NCBI GenBank assembly: GCA_951406725.2 | Contig: OX597814.1 | Location: forward strand, 201,934,001-201,998,000 | Origin: Octopus vulgaris | Taxonomy: Eukaryota | Reading direction: 5' to 3' | DNA: 64,000 nt | Part shown: in pieces, positions 43,081 to 55,874 of the stretch | Layout: the number at the start of each line of letters is the position of its first letter | Position numbering within the stretch: position 1 is the first letter of the stretch | Notes under the pieces: generated by a model | Seen by the model: only the letters and a program-made list of their open reading frames with translations | Database searches by the model: none | Told to the model about the DNA's origin: nothing | Position numbers and translations under genes: made by a program

Positions 43081-43804
43081 TTTCTTAGATGAAAACGGAA
43101 TTTCAAAATATCTAAAATAAGAAGAAAAATAGTAATTATTAAAGGTGGAAGAATTTTTATTCAGAACTCTAAATCCAAAATTAAAGGTGAAATGGTGAAA
43201 ACCACTACTAAAAACAGTTATTTTGATTATTTCTCTATGAATTACATTATAACATGCTTTCGTTTGAAAAACTGAAAACAACAAAAAGTGTTTACACAAA
43301 AGAAAGTCCTTTCCTTATGTCTGTGTTTACTTGCACTTTTTGAAAAGTTTTTTATATCTAATAAACAATTTTGATACGATGAAATGTTTTTCTAACTATT
43401 GAAACTATATAAAAAAATCTTTCCATAAATTTCACATACATACACACAAGATACATACATGCATACATACACATACACGTACATACTTACATGCATGCAT
43501 ACGTACATACATACATACATACATACATAATACAGGCATGCATACATACGTACATACATGCATACAAACATACATACATATAAACATACATACATGCACA
43601 TACACATGCATACAAACATACATATATGCATCCCTGCACGCATACATTCATCCATACATACCTATGTGCTAAGCACTCATTCTCACTTTCCACAACTATC
43701 GTGTGTGTATGTTCATGCTATGCACATTACCAGAAACTTTTGACTAAGTTTTCAGTTAAACATATATATTCATATGTATACAGATTTTAGTAGGTAGGTT
43801 CAGA

Positions 43805-44120
43805 CCCGAGGCTGAAGCAGGATGTTCATGCAGGGGTTACAGAACTTGTCCACCAAATGGCCACTGCAATACGGAAACAGTTGTTTATGAGGCAGAAGTA
43901 ACAGCAACTGGACCCAATGGACAACCGAGCATGTGGAAGTATGTGGGGACAAAGGAAGGCCCCTTAAAACTAAAAGGAGTGAAGCCTCAGCGTTTGTACA
44001 GCACGGCTCTAAGAGATGGCCACTCTGATATAAAACCATATATGCAGGGAATGGTGTTGGACATTTTGGGGGTCTTTTGATTGCGCTTGAGATCATGTTG
44101 TTCCCACATTACCGAGCCAG
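43805..44120 (+). mobile_element. PLE Cys-linker/GIY-YIG remnant
   Basis: Manual translation GCSCRGYRTCPPNGHCNTETVVYEAEV...KYVGTKEG (not in the ORF track). Confidence 0.75.
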
Positions 44121-44165
44121 TGCATACATTGATTTATAGAGGCAGGCAGATGTACATACATACCG

Positions 44166-44322
<157 letters not shown>

Positions 44323-44397
44323 TGGCACATGACTTCGATGTTCGGCAGATTTTTTTTCTCCATCTTCCTTTTCTCTTGGACCTTCCTCTGTCTCCTA

Positions 44398-44430
44398 TTT
44401 CTGAAGAAGAGCTTTCTTCGAAACGTAAAA
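44398..44430 (+). ncRNA. Hammerhead motif, same family as 2198-2230, stem II damaged
   Basis: ttt-CTGAAGA-a-gagc ttt cttc-GAAA-CGTA-aaa. Confidence 0.5.
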
Positions 44431-44674
44431 CACCTTTTCTTTCCTTCCCTGAGTGTCTTATTAATACTTTGCATGTACCACGTCCTCACGTTGTTGTTTT
44501 TTCTCTGTATTATATATATATATATATATATACGCCGAACCTAAAAGATTACTTGGAGATACATGGCATGTTATTTAAATCCACCAGCTTATTACATCTG
44601 TAAAGCAGGAGACTATTTGTAACTTTTTGTAAATTGTGTATATTTGTGTATATTAAATGATACATACATATATA

Positions 44675-44922
44675 TTCTTTTATTCATTTCAGCCATTTGA
44701 CTGCGGCCATACTAGAGCACCACCCCACGACCTATTCTTTGTAAGCCTAGTACTTATTCTATTGGTCTCTTTTGCCGAACCGCAACTTTACGGGGACGTA
44801 AACACACATGGCGGGGGAACACACTAACATACACACACACACTCGCTCACACACACACACACACACACACGCATATATATATACGACGGGTATCTTTCAG
44901 TTTCCGTCTATCAAATCTACTC

Positions 44923-44925
<3 letters not shown>
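44675..44925 (-). mobile_element. Partial, internally deleted family A SINE
   Basis: Tail and body match family A. Confidence 0.7.
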
Positions 44926-44987
<62 letters not shown>

Positions 44988-45359
44988 TATATATATATAC
45001 ATGTGTGTGTATGTGTAACTATTGTGTATGCGTGTCTGTCTGTGTGCAGATGCAATTTTCATCAACATCTTCCAAGGCACGTCTCAAACGTTGATTCCAT
45101 CCAAATGGTACCAATAATTTATTTCCTGTGCTATATAGAGTCGAGCTTGTTAGATGTTATGCGAAGAAATATCCGATATTTTTTTTCGAAAAATTGGTTT
45201 AAACCGAAACTTGGAAATTTTGATCTTGTATGCATCTATGAGCAACTCTTTACAGCCAGTTCGATTGACTATTTTCGTGCGTCCACGCATTTCAAAGATG
45301 ACTTTTATCCATAAATTCATCCATTTTTTAGCGACCACTATTCCCAAGAGGTTTCATGG

Positions 45360-45755
45360 GGTAGATTTCTCAGTCACTTCCTCAATAGGGTCCTATTAGA
45401 AGGGACCATCATTAAAATTTCCGGAAGGATCTCCAAGTATAACAAACTGAGAATATAAATGTCATCCTACCATCTCCTTCTTGTTCTACCCCTACGCTGC
45501 CTGGTGTTTGGTTTGGTTTGGTGTGAAGTATGTCTCGCAAGCCTTTGCTGCGAGATTCTCATCACGTGTCCTTAGGACTGGTACCATGACCTCTAAACGC
45601 AATGAAGTTGCGGCTCGACTTAGACGGATCCCTTCATCTCCGAGCAATGCTCCGCGCCGTCAAGTAACAGTACTTCAGAGATCCTTCGGCAGAACTCCGG
45701 GTCGACCTTTTGTGTTGGCATCTACACCTATCTGGCCAGTTCCCAACATTTATGA
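45360..45755 (-). mobile_element. RTE-clade LINE ORF C-terminal remnant
   Basis: Frameshifted FCRRISEVLLLD...ILHTKP..RRGRTRRRW*DDI..NRTL, matching the RTE C-terminus pattern (RPRGRPRxRW). Confidence 0.65.
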
Positions 45756-46025
45756 CATTAAGTGAAGATGATTTTCATAGAATTTTATTTAAAATAAAAG
45801 CATGATACGCTTTTTTCAGCTTCACTTTTTGCTTAACGAATCAACGACACGAAATTAGCAGCCTTCACCAATGTATCACACTGACTGGCGCATGCGCACG
45901 TGCACACACAAAGGCATCGGATAACTGAAGAGATGGCGGCGTGGATTTCCACCTCAGCATCTGAAACTCGGAGTTTTATCATGGCTACCGAATAATTGTC
46001 ACATATTACATTTACAGATATATAT

Positions 46026-46061
<36 letters not shown>

Positions 46062-46294
46062 GGAAAACGTCAAGGTAGAGAATGCTAAGATAATTTTATA
46101 AAAAACATTTAAGTACCGGTTTCGGTCATTTCAACTATAAGTATAGAAAACAATTAAATTGTGGAATAATTAAAGGTTTTTAAAGAATATTTGCATGGTA
46201 TTAAAATGCAAGTGGCATTTTCCTTGTTTCTGCCTGTCTCTGTCTCTCTTGTTTACTCTTGTACACACACACACACACACACACACATGCACAC

Positions 46295-46510
46295 ATTGAT
46301 TTCAAATTTTGGCAAAAGACCAACAAGTTCAGTGGTGGTGGGTAAGTGAATTAGATCGGCCCCAGCGTTTAACTGGTGCTTATTATATCGATCCCGAAAG
46401 AATGAAAGGCAAAGTAGACCTCAGCGGAATTTGAACCCAGAACGTAAAGACGGACGAGATGCCGTAAAGCAGTTTGCCCGGCCTGCTAACAATTCTCCCA
46501 GCTCGCCTTT
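46295..46510 (-). mobile_element. Family B-related SINE
   Basis: Head and core match. Confidence 0.8.
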
Positions 46511-46604
46511 ATATATAGTTGTATAAGAATATATATAGTGTGTGTACACGCACGCACACACACGCACACACATATGTAGACACATTATATATATGCGCAT
46601 AAAC

Positions 46605-46968
46605 GTGAAGGCGCAATGGCTCAGTGGTTAGGGCAGCGGACTCACGGTTGTAGGATCGCGGTTTCGATTCCTAGACCGGGTGTTGTGAGTGTTTACTGAG
46701 CCAAAACACTTAAAGCTCCACGAGAGGGTGGTGGCAAACCTTGTTGTGCTCTTTCACCACATCTTTCTCTCATTCTTTCTTCCTCTTTCTGTTGTACCTG
46801 TATTTCAAAGGGCCATCTTTGTCACACTCTATGTCACGCTGAATCTCCCTGAGATTAAGGGCATACGTGTCTGTGGAGTGCTCAGCCACTTACACATTAA
46901 TTTCACGAGCAGGCTGTTTTGTTGATCGGATCAACTGGAACCCTCGTCGCCGCAACCGACAGAGTGCC
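46605..46968 (+). mobile_element. SINE (head C, tail X)
   Basis: Matches 63597-63978. Confidence 0.87.
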
Positions 46969-47779
46969 ACACATATACAAAATACAAATATATACTACAG
47001 ACTTCCTTTAGTTTCAATCTACCAAATTCACCTATTAGGCCATAGCAGAATACACTTACCTAAAATACAACGCAGTGGAGCGTAGCCCAGACTCATGTGG
47101 TTTTGAAGTAAGCTTCTGACCACTTACCCACGCCTACGCCACATATATTCATAATGTCAAGCTTATTATAATCTTTGAATGGACTCCGTTTTAGTCAGAC
47201 TTGTCAACTAATGTTATGAACAATTTCATGCAGACACATCAACTTTTCTCATGAACTAAGTTTTATACAGACGCATTAATTATTTCCGTGAACCATGTCT
47301 TAAGCAGACACATTAATTATTCTGTTGAACAATGTTGCAGAGAGACACAAACCATTCTCATGAACAATGTCTCATACAGGATACATTAATTATTCTCATG
47401 AGCAATACCTCATTAAGATATTTTTAATTTAGCTCATATTCTACATCTCATGGTATTATTCCCGCTCATAAACGTTCTTCGCTAACATGATCAATGTTTT
47501 AGGCAAGTAAAGTATAGTTTTGTAAGAATTTTCTTGTATTGCTACGAGCTGCTTCTTTTCTGCTTTCAATTTTTGTTCAAGTTTTATGCCTCACATTTAG
47601 CTATGATACATTGCAATTGAATTCATTTCACTGTGTGTAAATATATTTCGTCATCACCCTCTCCGTGTTTTTCCTGTATATCTAAATACAGGTCATCTTG
47701 TATTATCAGCCACACTGTTATTACTGATATATGTGTGTGTGTGTGTGTGTGAAAAACAAAACTTAAATGCTTTGAGAAC

Positions 47780-48660
47780 CTTACCCTGGACTAAAGAAAA
47801 TGAATATTCGGTGTTTTTATCTGCATATTTACTGAGTCCTATTTGTCTATATTCCCGTGTTTTAATTTGTGATCTATACAAAGTTATGTGTTGTGTTAAG
47901 AACACTCTGGTTTGCCCAATGTAGTTCCCTTAAAATCCTGAGCGTCTAACTGTTTTCAGATATATTTCTTCGTTTTGCGATATATTTCTTCATTTTGTCT
48001 TAGTTCTAAGATATTGAATTTCTTGGCTCGTTATATTCTATTATCGATTAAGGATGGTGGGTAATTCCTATCAGGGAATGTATTCTGTAATTCTTGAAGT
48101 CTTATGTTACGGGCGTTTTCATCAGGTAAAATTGTGCAGAACCTTTTGAATAGGTTATAAGGGACAAGCACTGAGGTGTTGATCAGATGGCATGAATTAA
48201 ATGCAAGATAATTGTTTGGAGTCTAGATTCATAGTAAATGTCCATCTTTGTTTGGTTATTGACATACCTTATTAGAATAGCTACAAATAGGAATTAATCT
48301 TGGCTATATTCCAAAGTGAATTGTATATTTTTGTTAATTCCATAAAGGAGTTGGTGGAATTCTATTGCTTTCTGTATGTTTTCCTCAATCGTCGAAGTAC
48401 ACAGCTAGTTTCTTTTTTATATATTTAAAACAAAGAGTTCGAATATTTTTGCGAGGATTTTTCGTACATCATAATCTCAACACGATTTGCATAGGAGGGG
48501 ACTGTTTTCGTCCCCATCACAGTTCCAGATTTCTGTTGATATAAGTTGTCATTAGACGCAAAGCAGTTATTCTCTGGAGAGAATTTTAGCCCTAGTATTA
48601 TAAATTCATTTTCTATGTGTTGTAGATAAATTATCCAGCCAGAACTCAATGGCCTCAATT
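47780..48660 (-). mobile_element. PLE remnant (RT to GIY-YIG)
   Basis: LYQQKSGTVMGTKTVPSYAN and GNYIGQTR..LTQHITLYRSQIK. Confidence 0.78.
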
Positions 48661-49213
48661 TCAAAATAGTGAAGGATATACATTATGTACTCGTACATTA
48701 CCCCTCGAAAGATGAAGAGCAATAACAACACTAAGGAAACTTTAACATAAATTCTGCTCTAGTTTCTTTATCATTCATAAAAATTAGTTAAATCCGTGCA
48801 AACCCCCACAGTCGTTAATAACTACGACAGAGTAATTACTTTAACATGTATTTGTAAATTCAAAAAATGTTTTAAAGTGATTTATCTCCTGATGGTGGTT
48901 GAAGGAGAAGGAAAATGGAAATATTTCATTTGATTTCAACATCAAATAATTATTATTAATAAAATAATTATTAATATTACATTAACTAAAAATACTATAA
49001 TAATTAAAGATATTACAGTGATTAATAATATTAATACAATTGACAATATAACAATTAGTAATATTACAATTATCATTAATAATACAATATTACAAACAAT
49101 TATATATCAGTATAATTATTACATCGCTGTATCATTAATATCATCATCTCTAACTAACGATACCATAAATTTGCATCTTTGATGTAATACAGCCTTGTAT
49201 ACAATGTTTTTAA

Positions 49214-50201
49214 CACGTTGCCTGCCACAGGATGTCGATATAATCTGCTTCTATTTGCCAAAAGGTCTTTATTAATTTCCTCAAATCAAAAAGATGAAAT
49301 ATTTTGTGCGCGGTGGTATATAGGTACACAATACATGTAATTACACTACAGTGACGTGATACGAGTGATCTCATAGCAATGCAAAATGCTCAGATTGGTT
49401 TGCTACGAAGGCTTTGAGGGTATGTTATTCATTATTAAGGCGGCGAGCTGGCAGAAACGTTAGCACGCCGGGCGAAATGCTTAGCGGAAATTTGTCTGCC
49501 GCTACGTTCTGAGTTCAAATTCCCCCTAGGTCGACTTTGCCTCTCATCCTTTCGGGGTCGATAAATTAAGTACCAGTTACGCACTGGGATCGATGTAATC
49601 GACTTAATCCCTTTTTTCTGTCCTTGTTTGTCCTCTCTATGCCTAGCCCCTTGTGGGTAGTAAAGAAATAGGTATGTTATTCATTATTTGACCATGTCTC
49701 TTCATTGTATAATGTTTTCATTATGAACTCGCGGAAAATGAACTATCGGAAGATGATATCTTAGAGTCAGAGAGTGAATACTTAGATGCTTTGGATAAAA
49801 ATTATGTAGCAAATACCAGTGGAAGTAATGTTAGTGAAGCTAGGTCTACTGACGAAGATGAACAATTACTTGCTCGAGGTCGTAAGAGACACTACAGTTC
49901 TCCTGCACCAACTGCGCCAAGTTCTCCGGCACTAACTGCATCGACATCTAAAACTTATACCTGATATATAGGCGTTTTACCAAATATATTTCCAGGTAGG
50001 TGCCATGATACGCGTTAACTCGTATCATTGAGCAAATAAAAGATTCTTTAGTGTTTCCACAACACACTCACAATGTTAGTTCCAGACTCCAGTTCATTTT
50101 AAGTGTGTTACAATAAAATAGACCTCTACGAGTATGCTCCAGCCTGGCAGATTTGCATAGATTGCCAACTACGAGTTATCTCGTAGTTGGCAGTCAACAT
50201 G
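49214..50201 (+). mobile_element. Internally deleted piggyBac-like DNA transposon
   Basis: TTAA at 49210-49213 and 50202-50205; TIR ca(c/t)gttg(c/a)ctgcca; acidic N-terminal-like peptide ENELSEDDILESESEYLD..TDEDEQ. Confidence 0.72.
49437..49670 (+). mobile_element. Family B SINE with 18-bp TSD
   Basis: ggtatgttattcattatt at 49419-49436 and 49671-49688. Confidence 0.92.
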
Positions 50202-50239
50202 TTAATTCATGCTTTTTTCTCTGTTTTCCAAGCCTTTTG

Positions 50240-50602
50240 CCATTTTACTCGTCTCAATCATTAAACTGCAGCCATGCTAGAGTACCATCTTGCCGGATTT
50301 TAGCCCAACGAACCAGCCAGAGTATATAGTTTTTAAGCCAGGTGCTTATTATCTATCTGTCTTTTTCGCCGAACGGCAATGTTGCAGGGGACGTAAACAC
50401 AGCAAAACCGGTTGTCAAGCGGTGGGGATGGGGTGGACAAACAAGCACAAAGAAACACACACACACACACACACACACAGAATGGGTTTCTTTCAGTTTC
50501 CGTTTGCCAAAACCACTCACAAAGCTTTTGTCGGTTTAAGGCTATAATAAAAAATACTTGCGGTTTGGAAACAAACTTGTTATCACATAGCCACGCATGC
50601 GC
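50240..50602 (-). mobile_element. Diverged family A SINE
   Basis: Tail, body and partial head match. Confidence 0.75.
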
Positions 50603-50646
50603 TTGTTGGTATTAACTACCCTAACAACAACAATAACAACAACAAC

Positions 50647-50826
50647 GTGAAGGCGCAATGGCCCTGTGGTTAGGGCAGCGGACTCGCGGTCGTAAGAATG
50701 CGGTTTCGATTCCCAGACGGGGTATTGTGAGTGTTTATTGGGCAAAAACACCTAAGCTCCACGAGGCTCCGGCGCGGAGGGGGGCGCCGCTGTACTCTTT
50801 CACCACAACTTTCTCTTCCTACTTTC
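50647..50826 (+). mobile_element. 3'-truncated SINE (head C)
   Basis: gtgaaggcgcaatggccctgtggttagggcagcgg head. Confidence 0.8.
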
Positions 50827-51111
50827 TGCCACAAAGCAGAGGAACCATGGTGTAACCCACTATGGTGTGATAAACTTTCAGACCCTAGTCTGAATTGCGA
50901 ATCCTCTGTACCCCAGGATGGTTCAGTTCTCCACCCGTTAAAAGCTACCGTTTACAGAATGAGGATAACAACGTAGTTTTTGTACCCGTGCAACTGCCAG
51001 TCTATCGCGTGTGGTGGGTGGATCTTCAAGTTGCCACACGCATTCTTAGTAGCTTAGAGTAGGCTCGAATTAGAGATTATTCTTTGTGGCTAATAGCGTG
51101 AGTCCTGATTG

Positions 51112-51243
51112 GAAGAAGAAGAAGAAGAAGAAGAAGAAGAAGAAGAAGAAGAAGAAGAAGAAGAAGAAGAAGAAGAAGAAGAAGAAGAAGAAGAAGAAGA
51201 AGAAGAAGAAGAAGAAGAAGAAGAAGAAGAAGAAGAAGAAGAA
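51112..51243. repeat. Pure (GAA)n tract
   Basis: Directly visible; explains the poly-K ORF. Confidence 0.97.
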
Positions 51244-51249
51244 AAAGAC

Positions 51250-51800
51250 AACATCATCAGTACCATCACTTAATTTCCTAACCTTAGAGAATGCAACATA
51301 TAACTGTTCATGGCGAAATTCGCCTCAAGAAAAGCAAATCTTTATCCTATTAATTGCTTTGGCCCTTCTACTTTATTAATTGTCATCACTCGTGCAACCA
51401 CGTGTCACCATTAATCTGAGTTCTTTGTAAAATAAAAGGTGAATTTGATTCACTAATTTCCAGTTTAATTCTGGGTATTAACGTTCTTCTGCCTGTCAAA
51501 GACCCACTTATTAACAATCCTTCATTTTAATCACGATGCAATTTAACATTTTCTGCTCCAGTTCCTTTACAAAGCCCTCGCTAAATTGATGTGTTACTTA
51601 ACGGCATTACAACCAATCCTATTTTAAGATTTAATTTATTCTATGGCATTTCTGGTGGAGTAAATGCGGTTAGTAATTCTTATGTTGCATTCATTATTTG
51701 GTTGCTTATGGCAAACTGTTTCAACTAAGCTAAAATACGTCTGGATATTTCCCGGTTGTAGTTCGAAAACCCTTTATTATGTAGCAGTTAGCTTTCCTTG
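51250..51800 (-). mobile_element. Helitron Pif1-helicase C-terminal remnant
   Basis: TPPEMP*NKLNLKIGLVVMPL..GLCKGT..LIPRIKL..MTINK..HEQLYVAFSKVR. Confidence 0.85.
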
Positions 51801-51849
51801 AGATTGTCTCGGGAGAGGTATTTGTTGACTGGTCTGGGGTGATGACGGT

Positions 51850-52225
51850 GGAGAGCTGGCAGAATCGTTAGCACGCCGGGCGAAATGCGTAGCCGTATTT
51901 CTGAGTTCAAATTCCGCCGAATTCGACTTTGCCTTTCATCCTTTCGGCGTCGATAAATTAAGTACCAGTTACGCACTGGGGTCGATATAATCGACTTAAT
52001 CCGTTTGTCTGTCCTTGTTTGTCCTCTCTGTGTTTAGCCCCTTGTAGGCAGTAAAGAAATAAGTATTTCGTCTATTGATACGTTCTGAGTTCAAATTCCG
52101 CCGAGTTCGACCTTGCCTTTCATCCTTTCGGGGTCGATAAAAAATAAGTACCAGTTATGTGCTTGGGTCGATTTGATTGACTGGTCTCTTCCCCTTAAAT
52201 TTCAGGCTGTGGGCCTATAATAGAA
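51850..52225 (+). mobile_element. Dimeric family B SINE
   Basis: Head plus two core modules. Confidence 0.85.
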
Positions 52226-52829
52226 AGGTAGAGGTCTGTGGTGATAACTGGTTGAGTCGATGAATGAAAATGTGTTGCTTTGGGCTGCGTAAAGAATTAA
52301 CTAACATCCGCTAATATTTAACAAAATATTTAACAAAATATTTTTGTTACAGCACAGAGTTTAATTTATAAATAACAACAGCAATAATTACATACGTGCT
52401 GGGAGAGACATACTACTTTGCGTTTACTGATACAGCAACATATGGCTGGTCCAACATACTCGGAAATGATTGTGCTACATTCCTGGTGACGGAGATTCCT
52501 GTGTCTATCTGCCATTTGTTTTAACCGTCTTCCTGGGTTGTCAGGCTACGGAAAGAATGGAGAAAACGTGCAGCTGCCCCAATATTCTGCACAGCAAGAG
52601 GTGAGACGTGTAAATGAGTCGGCCTCGCTCAACGCTCTGCAAAGAGTGTAAGCGCCAAATGCAGTTTTTATAGGGTACAAAAAGAAAATTCTAGAAGATT
52701 GAATTATGCAAATGGTTTGACGTCGATTGGTTGCTTAACAGACCGATCACCTGAAACAACTGTATTTCGGTCGTGATGCATGATCGGTTGTGTCGCGGTC
52801 CGGTTTCGAATCACTGCTATAAGATTATA

Positions 52830-53220
52830 ACCTGAATGTTTAAATTTTAAAACTCAAATAGCTGACGTATAACATTAATATATTTGCTAATATCGATCGA
52901 AGGTGGTTGCTGTTAGTGAACATCAATACTAAATATGGTAATATTTAATCAAGCATCTCTGACAACAACTTGTGCTGAGTGTACTTTTTTCTAAAGAAAG
53001 GGTTAACTCTTCTGGCCTCAAAATTATCACCAGAACACTCGAGAGGTTTCTGGAGAAAGCTTATAAAAAGTACCTGAGATTCAAATCTTTGAGTGGCAAC
53101 ATTTGGATTCTTGATAAGACAATTTTCATCCTTCAGCTTCTTAGATAAAAACTATTCACGCTAACACTAACAGGCATGTTCCCCATTTTGCCTGAGGTTT
53201 ACAATTTATCAATTATGTTA
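52830..53220 (-). mobile_element. Probable Helitron helicase mid-region remnant
   Basis: Highly decayed; lies between the Walker A and C-terminal pieces, with weak similarity to the GGDFRQxLPV region. Confidence 0.45.
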
Positions 53221-53224
53221 TATG

Positions 53225-53297
<73 letters not shown>

Positions 53298-54054
53298 CAA
53301 CAACATCAACAACATCAACAACAAAACAACAACAACAACAACAATAATAATAATAATAATAATAATGCAAGTATTGTATACACATTGTATATAAACATAG
53401 TATATAAACAAATTATTGTATACACATATAAACATAATAAAATGAAATATAAAGTGTTATCAATAAAATATGATTAAAAATAATTTTCTTTTTTTTCCCC
53501 TTTATTCGTAATTCAACACTATTATCATACGCACTTCAACAATTTGAAAAACGACAGTGGGAGTTTTTACATGCGAGTAGTACACGTGATTGCCTCTCTG
53601 AGTTGTTTCGCGAAAAATAGATTTTATCAGATAAATTTAATGCATGAACAGAGAGATACTTTGTCATCATGTAAGGCTAATAGCTGCCTAATTCCTGCTA
53701 TAATCTGCGTAGTTGAATTCGTTCCGTTTCCAAGCAGAAGCAAAAGATTTGCCAAGTTCTTTCAATCGTTTTTGTGGTTTCATATTTTGAGTTTAGCGAT
53801 AATGCTTGAAATGCTGCCAGAAATGAGATCGTTCTAGGTACCTATCGATAACAGTAATATCGATACCAGTGATGCCTTGAAGACAGTTACTGATAGCTTG
53901 GATAGCAGAAGAAGATATTATGAATTTTTCATCTCAGAAACGTTACGTCTTGATCTTTAAAGAAACGGGATTGCCAAGAGGTAGGCAATATATTACAAGA
54001 GCTTATATCGATTAACGTTATAAGTTCCGTATCTTCCCTACACTTTAACTACTG

Positions 54055-54405
54055 GTGTTCCGTCGGTTACGACGACGAAGGTTCCAGTTCAACCGAAAAA
54101 CGGTCACAGCTTGCTCGTGAAATTAATGTCCAAGTGGCTGAGCACTCCACAGACACACGTGCCCTTAACTTATTTCTCAGGGAGATTCAGCGTGACACAG
54201 AGAGTGACAAGGCCGGCCCTTTGAAATACAGGTTCTACTCATTTTTGCCAGCTGAGTGGACAGGAGCAAGGTGAAATAAAGTGTCTTGCTCAAGGACACA
54301 ATGCGTTGCCAGGAATCGAACTCACGAATTCGATTCCCAGCGGCGCGTTTCTTAACAGATCAAAATATAAAAATTTCTTACTAACCACTAAACCACGCGC
54401 CTTCT
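54055..54405 (-). mobile_element. SINE (head D, tail X) with a rearranged head
   Basis: Matches 61308-61629; extra segment near 54325-54380. Confidence 0.82.
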
Positions 54406-54419
54406 GTAGCTTAAACAAG

Positions 54420-54852
54420 TTCTTTTATTCTTTTATTGGTTTCTGTCATTTTGACTGAGGCCATACTGTAGCATCGCCTTTAATCGAACAAATCGACCCT
54501 CAGGACTTATTCTTTGTAAATCCTAGTATCTATTCTATCGCTATCTTTTTCCGAACCACTAAGTTACGGGGACGTAAACACATCAATATTGGTTGTCAAG
54601 CGATGTTGAGGGGACAAACACAGGTACACAAATACAAGCACACAGACATACAAATGTGCACATACACATACACAAACACATATATATACGATGGGCTTCT
54701 TTCAGTTTCCATCAACAAAATCCACTCACAAGGCTTTGGTCGGCCCGAGGGCATAGTAGAAGACACTTGCCCAAGGTATCACGTAGTGGGACTGAACCTG
54801 GAACCATGTGGATGGGAAGCAAGCCTCTTACCACACAGCTACTCCTGCGCCT
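54420..54852 (-). mobile_element. SINE family A
   Basis: Full-length match. Confidence 0.88.
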
Positions 54853-54889
54853 ATGTACTTACCATCTGCGGTGGTTTAAATAAATTCTA

Positions 54890-55350
54890 TTGGGTTGGCA
54901 ACAAAGTTCCCGCTGTTTTTTAAAATTTAAATTTTTTAAATGTGTAATAAAAAATAACAACTAATTAATCAATAATGTATTCATGCTTGTTGTTTACAAG
55001 ATTTTCAATACCTCGTTGGTAGAAATCATCCGATTTCGACTCGAAAAATTGATCCAACTAAGCTCTCAATTCCGCATCAGTATTGAACGAACCTCCGCGA
55101 ATAGCATTTGAAAGAGATCGAAAGAGGTGGAAATCCATTGGTGCCAAATCAGGAGAGTACAGGCGGTGTGGCAGCACTTCCTAGCCATGCGTTTGAATGG
55201 CTTCCTTGGTCATATTGGCGATATGAGGGTGGGCGTTGGCATGCAGCAGAAGAACTCCATGCTGACGACTACAAAAATAGATTCCAAAATTAAAAAACGC
55301 AATAAATTCCAAAATTTAAAAAAACGGTGGGAACTTAGTTGCCAACCCAA
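54890..55350 (-). mobile_element. Internally deleted mariner transposon
   Basis: TA TSDs; TIR ttgggttggcaac(a/t)aagttccc; HANAHPH..EVLPHRLYSPDLAPMDFHLFRSL transposase C-terminus. Confidence 0.93.
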
Positions 55351-55574
55351 TATATATAATGTTTGTAGAAAGCATAAACCCAAAGAAGAAGCACACTCTA
55401 AGATGTAGAGCAGTATATATTAAAAATGGGGAAGAGTGGTTTATGGGATGACCTTAGGTTTTCCACCCAACCCAATATAGCTGACCACCCATCAGTAATT
55501 TATCAGAATATTTTTCAATACATCACTTCGAGCTGAGATGAGAAATGGTAATATCTATTATCTCATTAATCATC

Positions 55575-55870
55575 TTTTATCTTTTAATTCCTTCTGTATT
55601 TGGATTGAAGCCATTTGGTGGGGCGCACCACTTAGGAGGGTTTAGTCAAACAAAACGAACCCTGATATTTCTTTCTTTTAAAATATGGAACTTATTTTCT
55701 CAGTTGTTTTGAACCGCTCAATTTCCGGGTAATAAAACAAACCAACAGCGGTTTTCAAATGGTAGAGGTAAGGAACAAACACAAACACGCACACGCATAT
55801 GCATATGTATAGATATATAAACAATGGGTTTCCATACAGTTTCCAATGCAAACGTCCTAACCACACAACT
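55575..55870 (-). mobile_element. Old family A-like SINE
   Basis: Diverged tail/body match. Confidence 0.55.
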
Positions 55871-55874
55871 ACAT

